A DNA stretch of 44,863 bases from the NCBI GenBank assembly GCA_041164045.1, contig JBEAQD010000045.1, positions 1-44,863 of the forward strand. The letters run 5' to 3'. The notes beneath the pieces are model-generated. The model saw only the letters and a list, made by a program, of their open reading frames with translations. It was not told the origin of the DNA and made no database searches. This DNA is from Candidatus Parcubacteria bacterium. Its GTDB lineage: Bacteria > Patescibacteriota > Minisyncoccia > SW-4-49-11. Below, piece by piece: positions 1 through 7,899 of the stretch. A program made the position numbers and the translations under genes. Position 1 is the first letter of the stretch; each line of letters starts with the position of its first letter.

Positions 1-13
1 AATACTTTAACTT

Positions 14-68
14 AGAAAAAAAATTAGTTCAATAGTTATATAAAATAGTTTATTTTATATAACTATTG
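14..68 (-). terminator. Putative intrinsic terminator of the glycine-rich pilin gene
   Basis: A perfect 18-bp inverted repeat, CAATAGTTATATAAAATA (30-47) and TATTTTATATAACTATTG (51-68), has a 3-nt loop and starts 7 nt past the stop codon at 76-78. On the minus strand it is followed by a U-run (A-run 16-23 on plus). The stem is A/T-rich, so stability is modest. Confidence 0.55.
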
Positions 69-75
69 ATAAAAA

Positions 76-1350
76 TTATAAACTTCCTCTCCACACAATT
101 CTTACAGCTCCATGACCACCCCTGGCAGGCTGAGCTCCTGTACTAGGCCATCCCATACCTCCTCCACCACCACCAAAATCTCCACCTTTATCATTATTGA
201 GTCCTGAGCCACCACCGCTACCTCCTGTACCCGAACCACCACCTGTACCAGCTAACCCTGAAGTACCTTCACCATATACCCCAACACCACCACCTGAACC
301 ACCTGAGTTCCAGTTAGAAATACCACCACCACCTCCGGCTCCTCCAGTACCATTTTGTGCTGCTACACCTGAGCCTGCACCATTTCCACCATTTCCACTA
401 TATCCACCAGCACCACCGCCTCCAGCGCCGAACAAACCCATGCTGTACGAATTGAAAACTTCAGGGCCTGCACCATTTCCACCATTTCCGCCGGTAACCA
501 AGTCGCTGAAAGGAGTCCCCGTTCCACCAGCTGCTATGCCGCCGGGCCAATTGAATGTTCCGCCCTTGCCACCTTCGGCAACCAAAAGCGCTTCATCTAC
601 TCTCTTCAGAGAAGAATCACCGCCGTTTTCACCTCCACTTCCCAATCCTCCACCATTTCCCCCAGCACCGACAATAACAGTGAGGATTTCTCCGGAGGCA
701 ACAGATATTTTTCTTCCATAACGCAATCCACCCCCGCCACCACCGCCACCTTGGTTAAAAGATCCATAAGCGTGATGGCCTCCCCCACCGCCACCACCAA
801 TGAGTATAGACTGTATTTTAGTAACTCCTTCTGGAACAACAAATGAATATACTCCTGGAGTTGTAAATACCTGATCTAAAACAGGCAAAATAGGATTTAT
901 TGAAAAGCTTTGAATCAAACCATTTTCACTAACAACAACACTAATTCTATTATTATCTTCATTAATACCTAAGCTATAAGTATATAATTCTCCAGTAATT
1001 GGAATCTCTGATATATAGGTAGGTACTAGAGATCTTAAATCTACTTTATTAGTACAGTCTGTAAATGTACTATCAAATTGCTCAGCACCTGTATTACAAA
1101 CTTCTTTTAACTCATTTGTTAATCCTAATGCGGTAGGGTATACACCTCCATTATCTATATTATACTGCTCTAATGCTTTATACATTGAGTTAACATTATA
1201 TTTAGCTTCAGAAGCACTAATCTTAGTTATTTGTCTATTTGGATTTATGGCTACTAATACTATTGTTGCTAATATTCCTATTGCTGCTATTACTAAGAGT
1301 ATCTCTAATAATGTAAATCCTTTTATTTTTTGTCTATGATTTTGATTCAT
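76..1350 (-). CDS. Type IV pilin-like (prepilin-type N-terminus) protein with a large glycine-rich C-terminal domain
   Basis: The N-terminus MNQNHRQKIKG/FTLLEILLVIAAIGILA has the G-1, F+1, E+5 cleavage/methylation motif followed by a hydrophobic helix. The core shares ALEQY..G.YP, a Cys pair and LVPTYISEIP with ORFs 27111-28328 and 40481-41623. The C-terminal ~260 aa are dominated by poly-Gly runs and end AVRIVWRGSL. Confidence 0.85.
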   Translation of the reverse strand: MNQNHRQKIKGFTLLEILLVIAAIGILATIVLVAINPNRQITKISASEAKYNVNSMYKALEQYNIDNGGVYPTALGLTNELKEVCNTGAEQFDSTFTDCTNKVDLRSLVPTYISEIPITGELYTYSLGINEDNNRISVVVSENGLIQSFSINPILPVLDQVFTTPGVYSFVVPEGVTKIQSILIGGGGGGGHHAYGSFNQGGGGGGGGLRYGRKISVASGEILTVIVGAGGNGGGLGSGGENGGDSSLKRVDEALLVAEGGKGGTFNWPGGIAAGGTGTPFSDLVTGGNGGNGAGPEVFNSYSMGLFGAGGGGAGGYSGNGGNGAGSGVAAQNGTGGAGGGGGISNWNSGGSGGGVGVYGEGTSGLAGTGGGSGTGGSGGGSGLNNDKGGDFGGGGGGMGWPSTGAQPARGGHGAVRIVWRGSL

Positions 1351-1386
1351 ATGTGTCTGTTAATTTATATTATTTATCTATATATT

Positions 1387-1416
1387 ATTTTACCACCCCC
1401 CCGGAGCTTTTGTCAA
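1387..1416 (-). promoter_or_regulatory. Sigma70-type promoter of the glycine-rich pilin gene
   Basis: On the minus strand there is a TTGACA (1411-1416), an 18-nt spacer and a TAAAAT (1387-1392). The -10 lies 36 nt upstream of the ATG at 1350. Confidence 0.6.
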
Positions 1417-1468
1417 GTTTTTTGATGGTTTTTATATATAGTTTCATTATAGGGTCTCCCACAGAATA

Positions 1469-1477
1469 TGGTATAAT
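1469..1477 (+). promoter_or_regulatory. Extended -10 (TGGTATAAT) inside the IS1595 left inverted repeat
   Basis: TGGTATAAT at 1469-1477 lies 24 nt upstream of the transposase ATG at 1501. Confidence 0.5.
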
Positions 1478-1668
1478 GAGGGTCACTAAAGACTTTAAGT
1501 ATGCCAAGAAACAAGTATATAAAAAACGCAAAGATTTCTGAGGTAAAATTCAGACAATTATTAAAGATATATAGTATAGATGAAAATGCTTCAAAAGCAT
1601 CTTTATTAGTAGGAGTACATATCAATACAGCAGAGAGAATATTTAAGCTATTGGAAAAGTCAAGAGAG

Positions 1669-2711
1669 AAAAGCACCAGTTAAGATTTAGGAGATTTAAG
1701 GAGATTAGGAGATTTAGAGATAAGATGAATAAAGTGAATAGGAGCCTTAAAATTAAGGTAGGCACGAGGACGAGAGTTAATAATGAGTTGAAATTTAGCA
1801 ACATCAGTGTGGGATATAGTTTTTGGGTTTATGTTTCTAGGGAAGAAGAGACGAATAAGTCTATTAGTATATTCAACTAGACCTTTTTGCCAAGAAGCAT
1901 AAGGATCACAAAAATAAGTAGGGAGATTTAATTTATAATGCCAAGCACCTTCAGAGCCATTGTCAAAAGTAAGAGAAAAAACATTATAATGTTTTTTCGT
2001 TTGCCTTAAGGCAAATAAAGTATGTTTAGCAGATTTAGAAGAAACTTTATGAATAGAAACAAAACCAGTATATCTTTCAACCTGAACAGATAAGTAAGCA
2101 GATTTAGAAGAGAATTCCACAGTGTCAGATTCCCAATGACCAGCTATAAGTTTATTGTTAATAAATTCAGGTCTTGAATGAATAGAATTCCTAAATAAGA
2201 TATTAGAGGAATATCTTTTAGGAATTCTATTATATCTTCTAGTTCTTTTAGTTAAAAGGAATTTAGAATAATCTTTATAATTAGAATAGATAAATTTATA
2301 AATAGACTCATGAGAAACATGACCTCTTTGAGGGCAAAAATTAGTCTTTAGATAATGAGAAATAAGAGCAGGAGAATAATGTTCATTTTCTAATTTAGAT
2401 ATAATATGATACTTAAGATAAGGATTATTTAGAATTTTAGAATTACCTTTTAGGTAGCCTTTTCTTTTTAAGGCTAAGACATTAGCCTTAAAAGGTTGAT
2501 ATGTACTATTAGCAGAAGTATTTCTTTTTAATTCTCTACTAATAGAGCTATGATGTCTATTTAGTAGAATAGCTATTTTTCTTAAAGATATACCTTTGTT
2601 GACAAAATCGCTTATTTTGACTCTTTCTTCTATATCTATATGTTTCATATATTCTTATTTTTAGCTTTTATATGCCACTACTTTTCTATTATACATCGTA
2701 GTGGTGCTTTT
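1669..2711 (-). mobile_element. IS30-family insertion sequence nested in the IS1595 element (ends approximate)
   Basis: It carries the complete IS30-type transposase ORF. A 10-bp inverted repeat, AAAAGCACCA at 1669-1678 and TGGTGCTTTT at 2702-2711, brackets the ORF. The host IS1595 frame is lost near 1654 and resumes at 2720, so the true ends lie somewhere in 1654-1669 and 2711-2719. I did not see a clear target duplication. Confidence 0.7.
1680..2648 (-). CDS. IS30-family transposase
   Basis: 322 aa. The N-terminal HTH is ISLRKIAILLNRHHSSISRELKRN. The DDE integrase-like core includes GHWESDTV and FDNGSEGA, typical of IS30 transposases. The ORF is intact. Confidence 0.9.
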   Translation of the reverse strand: MKHIDIEERVKISDFVNKGISLRKIAILLNRHHSSISRELKRNTSANSTYQPFKANVLALKRKGYLKGNSKILNNPYLKYHIISKLENEHYSPALISHYLKTNFCPQRGHVSHESIYKFIYSNYKDYSKFLLTKRTRRYNRIPKRYSSNILFRNSIHSRPEFINNKLIAGHWESDTVEFSSKSAYLSVQVERYTGFVSIHKVSSKSAKHTLFALRQTKKHYNVFSLTFDNGSEGAWHYKLNLPTYFCDPYASWQKGLVEYTNRLIRLFFPRNINPKTISHTDVAKFQLIINSRPRAYLNFKAPIHFIHLISKSPNLLKSPKS

Positions 2712-3360
2712 TATTTTAGAATATACGATTAAGACAAAGAGTTGCACTTATAGCACTTCAAGAAACAGAGAAAGCATTAGAAGGAGAATTTGAAGTAGAT
2801 GAGTCATATTTTGGAGCAAAGAGAGTAAGAGGAAAAAGAGGAAGAGGAGCAGCAGGAAAAACACCAGTTTTTGGATTATTAAAGAGAGACGGGAAGGTAT
2901 ATACTCAAATTATAAAAAACTGCTCTAAACAAGAGATTATGCCAATTATTCAAGGTAAAGTATTAGAGAATTCTACTATATATTCTGATGGATGGAAAGC
3001 TTATGATGGATTAGTTCTTAATGGCTATGAACATTATCGTATATACCATTCTCATGATGAATTTGCTAGAGGCAAAAATCATGTGAATGGTATAGAATCT
3101 TTTTAGTCTTTTACTAAAAGAAGACTTAATAAATTTAATGGTTTCACTAAATCTAATTTTTCCATATTCCTTAAAGAATCTGAATTTAGATTTAATCATA
3201 GACATGATAATATTTATATGTTATTATTATCTCATATTAGAAATTTCCCACTCTGATCTATACCATATTCTGTGGGAGACCCCATTATATAACTTTATTG
3301 GGGCTTGGGCAAAGTTTGTAATTATGTATATGTTTGGGGTTTAATGGTGTTTTATATACA

Positions 3361-3590
3361 CCTCCTCCGAAGGGGGATAGAAAGTAGGGAGCAAAAATTC
3401 TCCACCCAACTCTACTCTACGGGCACCCTCGCCGGCGAGGCCATACCTACGGTAGGCAGGGAAATTTTTATTGTCCTTACTTGGGGGAGGTGGCACCGTA
3501 GGTGACGGAGGAGGACTTTAAGCTGACTTAAAGGTGGCACCACACTATAAATATAGGAGAGACTTAAATACCTACGAAGTTTAAGTATAT
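3361..3590. repeat. GC-rich hairpin-dense intergenic island A (candidate structured RNA or MITE-like relic)
   Basis: There is no credible ORF and the G+C is sharply higher than the flanks. CCTCCTCCG (3361-3369) is perfectly complementary to CGGAGGAGG (3506-3514). A palindrome CCTCGCCGGCGAGG is present. CCGTAGGTGACGGAGGAGG (3496-3514) resembles the TTCGTAGCGGAGG motif of islands C and D. ACTTAAA and CCTACGAA motifs are shared with islands B and C. Confidence 0.5.
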
Positions 3591-3596
3591 TTTATA

Positions 3597-5678
3597 TTAT
3601 AAGCTAGATTGAGTGCTTGATGTAGGAACGGTGATAGCCCGGGTTTTTGCTATTTCAGATTCTATAGCTTGAATTTGTGATCTTTTTTCGGCTATTTCGG
3701 GTGGGGTTTGATAATTTTGTATGGATTCGACACCTATATTAATTGTTTGAGTTATAGTCTCAAAATTAGGGTTTTCTAGAGAGGTAAGACTGTTTTGGAT
3801 AGACTGAGGTAACTTTTGATAAGATTCTTTTAATTTACTAATAGATTGATTGTTATTCTCAAATTGCTCTGCATTTCTCTGTTTATCAGCTTGTAGCGTA
3901 TTATACTGTTCTATAGTCTGTGCTACTGTTTGTGCTAGGCTTTCAAGAGCCTGAGCTTGTTTTTTACCAAGTCCAAAAAGTTTATTATCAGCTTTCTGCT
4001 TATCGTTATTAATATCTTTTGCAATATCAGACAAAGATTCTAAAGATTGTAAAGGATATCCTGCTAATTCTAGTACTGGCTTAATTTTATCAAATAAAGT
4101 GTTTAGCTGTTTATTAATTTCTTGTTGTTTTTCTGGAATATTTTCTAAAACACTAAACTGTCCTTGTTCAAATTTGATTTGCCCAGATTCTAGAGCTGTC
4201 TTTAATTCTGTCCTGAATTTATCTATATCAGCTGGTCTTAATTGCTCCTGTTCTGATAACATAGCCCTATCTTGAGTATCGTAATCTCTGCCAGTTTCAT
4301 CATACTTAAGACTAGATAACTCTCCTTGTAATTCTTCAATTTTAGTATTTCTATACCTTTCAAGCTGAGTTGCTATGCTATTATCAATTTCTACTCTTCT
4401 AGCATTATCCTTTTGACTACCTAAATAACTTTCACCATCTATACTACCTTTTCTGATTTCTTGTTGCTGTTGCTCATATTTTTTGTCAGTTTCTTTGGCT
4501 AAATATTGTGCAAATTTAGGATGCTCAGCAATAACTCTATCTATATTAACATCGCTATTAGACCAAAAAGCTAATCCTTGTAATTGAGGGTCTCCTGAGT
4601 TTACCAGATAATCCAGTCTATCCACTCCTTCTACTGTTAAAGCTTCTTTTATAGTGTCTGATTCTGGATTAGATTCTTGTAATTTCTCTAACTTAGGCTG
4701 AATATCTGTACTTAAGGCCTCAGCTAGTTCTGGTATTTGGTTATACCAATCTACACGAGACATAATATCTTTTCTAATTTCATCACGGGCAGCTTGTTCT
4801 CGAGCTTGATCACTTTCTTGTTTTAGTTCTTCTAATTTTTCTAATCCTTCTTTTATACCATAAGTGGCAAAAATTTGGTCAATGTTTTGTGAGCTAAATA
4901 ATTGAGTTGGATTGGTTAATTGTTCTTGTAGTTGTCTTTCTAATAAAACTTTCTTATCATTAGCCTCAGCTCCACTTTCTGTATAACCAGCTTGGGCTTC
5001 GGTTAATTGTTGCTGTAATTCAGTCTTTTTATCTTGTATGGCTTGTTCTAATTGAGCTGCAGTTTCAGCATCAAAATCATTAAGTGCCTCTTCAGCTTTT
5101 TGAATCACTTGCTCTAATTCTTCAACTTTAGCTCGTAGTTCTTCGTTACCTGATATAAAATCTTCAATGGATCGATTAGGTTGATTAGATTGATTAATTG
5201 CTGCTTGAATTTTGGTATTAATACCTGTTCTACTATCTTTATATTGCTCTAATTTATTATTTAAAGACTCTCTCTCTTGTATTCTATTAGATTCAATTTC
5301 AGATGATACATCTAACTTAGTTGACTCATCATTTTCTAAGGCTTCTAACTGAGTCCTTAAATCTTCAATTTGCCTACCTTGTAGGGATAATCCTGTTTCT
5401 GTATCTAATGCAAAATGAGGTTTATCAGTTAATTCTAAATCCCTTGCTGTCTTGGCTATTAAAGTATCAAAGCTTTCTAAATTAAAGGTTATATCCCCAT
5501 CTCCCCCCTCAACATCTAGCTGCTCTGCAGTCTCTAATCCCTCCTGTTCTTCTACAACCTTTCTACTTAACTCAGTCTCGGCTTGATTAGCCGGAACATT
5601 AATCCCACCAACTCCTCCTTCTTGGGTTTCCGGGCTGCTTAATATATGTGGATTTTGGTCTGGGTTAAAATTATTCAT
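3597..5678 (-). CDS. Large acidic Q/E-rich coiled-coil protein of unknown function, immediately downstream of ftsA
   Basis: 693 aa with no TM segment, signal peptide or nucleotide-binding motif. It has long heptad-like stretches rich in E, Q, L and K. It starts 13 nt after the ftsA stop codon on the same strand. Confidence 0.8.
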   Translation of the reverse strand: MNNFNPDQNPHILSSPETQEGGVGGINVPANQAETELSRKVVEEQEGLETAEQLDVEGGDGDITFNLESFDTLIAKTARDLELTDKPHFALDTETGLSLQGRQIEDLRTQLEALENDESTKLDVSSEIESNRIQERESLNNKLEQYKDSRTGINTKIQAAINQSNQPNRSIEDFISGNEELRAKVEELEQVIQKAEEALNDFDAETAAQLEQAIQDKKTELQQQLTEAQAGYTESGAEANDKKVLLERQLQEQLTNPTQLFSSQNIDQIFATYGIKEGLEKLEELKQESDQAREQAARDEIRKDIMSRVDWYNQIPELAEALSTDIQPKLEKLQESNPESDTIKEALTVEGVDRLDYLVNSGDPQLQGLAFWSNSDVNIDRVIAEHPKFAQYLAKETDKKYEQQQQEIRKGSIDGESYLGSQKDNARRVEIDNSIATQLERYRNTKIEELQGELSSLKYDETGRDYDTQDRAMLSEQEQLRPADIDKFRTELKTALESGQIKFEQGQFSVLENIPEKQQEINKQLNTLFDKIKPVLELAGYPLQSLESLSDIAKDINNDKQKADNKLFGLGKKQAQALESLAQTVAQTIEQYNTLQADKQRNAEQFENNNQSISKLKESYQKLPQSIQNSLTSLENPNFETITQTINIGVESIQNYQTPPEIAEKRSQIQAIESEIAKTRAITVPTSSTQSSL

Positions 5679-5691
5679 AATATTGATTTAT

Positions 5692-6951
5692 TTAATCTGG
5701 GAATATTCTCTGTAATAGACCTTTGATTGGGTTGAATATTTTGGATGATCCTTGCTTGATAACATTAGAAATATCTCGAGGTTCTGGACTGTCTTCTATA
5801 TGCTCAAACTCTGATTTGATAAGTCCTACCAGATTGGCATAAATTGGATTATCTACATCGGCTATACTACCTTCTACTCCTTGTGGAGAGCCTATTTTGA
5901 TTGGTAATTTGAGCTCTTGTTTGGCTAAATCAGAGATAGATTTAAGATTAGCTCCCCCTCCGACTAAAACTGCTCCTGCTGGGAGCAATCCATCTCTATC
6001 TATTTTTTTTAGATCTTGTGTTACAAGTTCAAAAATTTCTTTTAACCTTGCTTCTATAATACTAGCTATATATGGTATTGGGAATATACCTTCTTCTTCA
6101 GAATCAATTTTAGCTAAGTCAATTTTGAGTTTGGCTGTATCTCCCAAAGATTTTTCTAAAGCTACTCCATATTTTAATTTTACTTTTTCAGCTACTTCAA
6201 TAGAAGTTCTAAGCCCAATCGCAAGGTCATTGGTAATATGATTAGCTCCTATTGGGATTACTCCTATATGAATTAGATGCCCCTCCTCATATACTGCTAT
6301 CGAGGTAGTTCCTGCCCCCATATCTATTACTGCTACTCCCAAGTCTTTCTGCTTTTTAGTCAAGACTGATTGAGCTGCAGCTATAATACCAATTTCTTGA
6401 TCTTCTATTATTAGACCTAGATTATGAATACATTTTTCCAAATTCTTCATTGATGAAGAGTTGTTTTCTATAATCAAGGCTTCGACTTCCAATCTAATTC
6501 CATTCATTCCTACTGGATTTTTGATACCAGTTTCTTCATCTAAGGTATAGGTTTTGGGTATTACTCCGATAACTTCTTTATTTTGTCCACTGGGTCCTGG
6601 ATTAGCATTGACCATCACTCTATCTTTATCCTCTTCTGTGACTTCCCCATCTCCTCTGGATATTGCTATTTTACCTGAAGTCAAATGGCTTTTGATATAG
6701 GCTCCATTAATCGAGATATAAACTGATTTTATATCTTCTTCTATCATCTTAGAGGCAATATCTAAGGCTTCATTAATGCTACGAGTAACATCTTGAATAT
6801 CTATAACAACTCCTCTCCTCACTCCCTCAGTAGGAGCTACTCCCAATGCAATAATAGAGGGAGTTTTATCTTCCCTTAGCCGCTTACCTATAGCCATCTT
6901 TGTAAATGATGTCCCGATATCTAATCCAACTATTATTTCATTTTTGGGCAT
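5692..6951 (-). CDS. ftsA: Cell division protein FtsA
   Basis: Actin/HSP70-fold motifs are present: GLDIGTSFTKMAIG, DMGAGTTSIAVY and VGGGANL. Length (419 aa) is typical. Confidence 0.9.
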   Translation of the reverse strand: MPKNEIIVGLDIGTSFTKMAIGKRLREDKTPSIIALGVAPTEGVRRGVVIDIQDVTRSINEALDIASKMIEEDIKSVYISINGAYIKSHLTSGKIAISRGDGEVTEEDKDRVMVNANPGPSGQNKEVIGVIPKTYTLDEETGIKNPVGMNGIRLEVEALIIENNSSSMKNLEKCIHNLGLIIEDQEIGIIAAAQSVLTKKQKDLGVAVIDMGAGTTSIAVYEEGHLIHIGVIPIGANHITNDLAIGLRTSIEVAEKVKLKYGVALEKSLGDTAKLKIDLAKIDSEEEGIFPIPYIASIIEARLKEIFELVTQDLKKIDRDGLLPAGAVLVGGGANLKSISDLAKQELKLPIKIGSPQGVEGSIADVDNPIYANLVGLIKSEFEHIEDSPEPRDISNVIKQGSSKIFNPIKGLLQRIFPD

Positions 6952-6978
6952 AGTTTATATATTGTTTTTATATTTAAT

Positions 6979-6987
6979 ATTATATCA
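6979..6987 (-). promoter_or_regulatory. Extended -10 promoter (TGATATAAT) for ftsA
   Basis: The reverse complement of ATTATATCA at 6979-6987 is TGATATAAT. It lies 27 nt upstream of the ftsA ATG, in the 43-nt spacer after ybeY. Confidence 0.6.
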
Positions 6988-6994
6988 TATAATT

Positions 6995-7444
6995 TTAAGA
7001 AAATGAATAGTGTTGTTTGATAAGTTTTAATAATTCATTCTCCTTTGCTTTCATTTCGGCATAATCTTCATCTGTTTGATGATCATATCCAATTAGATGA
7101 CACAGTCCATGTAGGCATAAAGTAGCGATTTCATACTCTATACTATGCCCTAATTCTTTTGCTTGTGACATAGCTTTATTATAACAAATCAATATTTCTC
7201 CTAAAGTAATATCCTCACTAGAATAATCAGATATTAGATTGAAAGACAATACATCGGTAACTTGATCTTTATTTCTATATTGTGCATTCAGACTTTGAAT
7301 AGTATTTTCTGAGACAATCGCAACACTGACCGTAGTATTTTGAAACTTACGGTCAATGTTTTGACTAAATACATCTACACATAAAGCTACAAGATCATTA
7401 TAATCTGGAATATTTAGAACTTGTGATTCAAATTCTAATATCAT
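6995..7444 (-). CDS. ybeY: rRNA maturation endoribonuclease YbeY
   Basis: Contains the HGLCHLIGYDH zinc motif (H..H.....H). Size is 149 aa. Confidence 0.9.
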   Translation of the reverse strand: MILEFESQVLNIPDYNDLVALCVDVFSQNIDRKFQNTTVSVAIVSENTIQSLNAQYRNKDQVTDVLSFNLISDYSSEDITLGEILICYNKAMSQAKELGHSIEYEIATLCLHGLCHLIGYDHQTDEDYAEMKAKENELLKLIKQHYSFS

Positions 7445-7447
7445 AAC

Positions 7448-7888
7448 CTAAGCTAATTTAGCTTGTACTAAATCCTTAATCTGATTACCATCAGCTTTAC
7501 CTTGAGCCTTAGCCACAACTGATTTCATAACAGACCCAAAATTAGCACTATCTCCTAGTTCAGCTATACTTTCGTCTACTAATTGAGCCAGCTCTTCTGT
7601 GGCTAGCTTAGCTGGTAAATACTTTTGTATAATTATAAGCTCAGCTTCCTCATTAGCTACCAAATCTTCTCTACCTCCATCTTTATAGGCTTGAATAGAG
7701 TCTTTTCTTTGCTTCTCTAATTTTGACAAAACTTTAATTACATCAGCATCCTCTAGGGGGCTACCTTTATCTATCTCAGCATTTTTGAACTCTGAGCTTA
7801 AAGTTCTAAGTACGGTTTTGGCAAGATCATCTCTATCTTTCATTGCTTGTACCATATCTTTTTTAATTGTAAGAGCAATATTAGACAT
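7448..7888 (-). CDS. yqeY: GatB/YqeY domain protein
   Basis: 146 aa. The sequence pattern (DLAKTVLRTL..E..NAEI, ...IIQKYLP) and the position next to rpsU are typical of YqeY. Confidence 0.8.
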   Translation of the reverse strand: MSNIALTIKKDMVQAMKDRDDLAKTVLRTLSSEFKNAEIDKGSPLEDADVIKVLSKLEKQRKDSIQAYKDGGREDLVANEEAELIIIQKYLPAKLATEELAQLVDESIAELGDSANFGSVMKSVVAKAQGKADGNQIKDLVQAKLA

Positions 7889-7899
7889 AAATCAATATA

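Larger units (their letters stand above)
1501..3256 (+). pseudogene. IS1595/ISXO2-like DDE transposase, interrupted by an IS30 element and by an in-frame TAG
   Basis: The N-terminal piece MPRNKYIKNAKISEVKFRQLLKIY...NTAERIFKLL occupies 1501-~1653. The C-terminal piece NIRLRQRVAL...GEFEVDESYFGAKRVRGKRGRGAAGKTPVFGLLKRDGKVYTQII...SDGWKAYDGL...HVNGIESF*SFTKRRLNKFNG...ESEFRFNHR runs in another frame (2720-3256). The TAG at 3104-3106 sits where family members have Trp (GIE.FW). Confidence 0.85.
1452..3282 (+). mobile_element. IS1595-family (ISXO2-like) insertion sequence, inactivated
   Basis: Perfect 24-bp terminal inverted repeats: GGGTCTCCCACAGAATATGGTATA at 1452-1475 and its reverse complement at 3259-3282. 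A 7-bp direct repeat CATTATA flanks the element immediately (1445-1451 and 3283-3289). It encloses the split ISXO2-like transposase reading frame. Confidence 0.85.

Noticed and set aside
197-721. A 174-aa proline-rich ORF on the plus strand (PPPLPPVPEPPP...).
   Set aside because: It is the mirror image of the GGN-rich glycine codons of the minus-strand pilin gene (GGN read antisense gives NCC, i.e. Pro/Ala/Thr/Ser). It has no start context or promoter. The minus-strand frame has a coherent pilin N-terminus.
606-842. A 78-aa minus-strand ORF in an alternative frame inside the pilin gene.
   Set aside because: It is fully embedded in the longer, motif-supported frame. It is a low-complexity artefact.
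1353-1683. Small ORFs 1353-1541 (+), 1413-1676 (-) and 1501-1683 (+) treated as independent genes.
   Set aside because: 1501-1683 is the N-terminal fragment of the disrupted IS1595 transposase and is reported as part of the pseudogene. The other two overlap the IS inverted repeat and promoter or lie antisense, and have no recognisable features.
3104-3106. The in-frame TAG in the IS1595 transposase as a recoding event or sign of an alternative genetic code.
   Set aside because: It aligns with a conserved Trp (TGG), so a single G->A change explains it. The gene is already broken by the IS30 insertion. TAG terminates other well-supported ORFs in the window.
3011-3505. Small ORFs 3011-3205 (-), 3138-3344 (+) and 3305-3505 (+).
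   Set aside because: The first two overlap the C-terminal part or right end of the IS1595 element. The third runs through GC-rich island A, is built from hairpin sequence, and has no start context.
5897-6241. Antisense ORFs inside well-supported genes: 5897-6241, 8251-8445, 8576-8767, 9448-9711, 13239-13550, 15612-15872, 17671-17877, 21065-21280, 21930-22286, 22448-22678, 23998-24315, 28305-28511, 28845-29138, 29704-30036, 35634-35819, 40659-40939, 41220-41526 and 42643-42831.
   Set aside because: Each lies within, antisense to, or out of frame with a gene that has clear family motifs. They have odd composition and lack promoter or RBS context.
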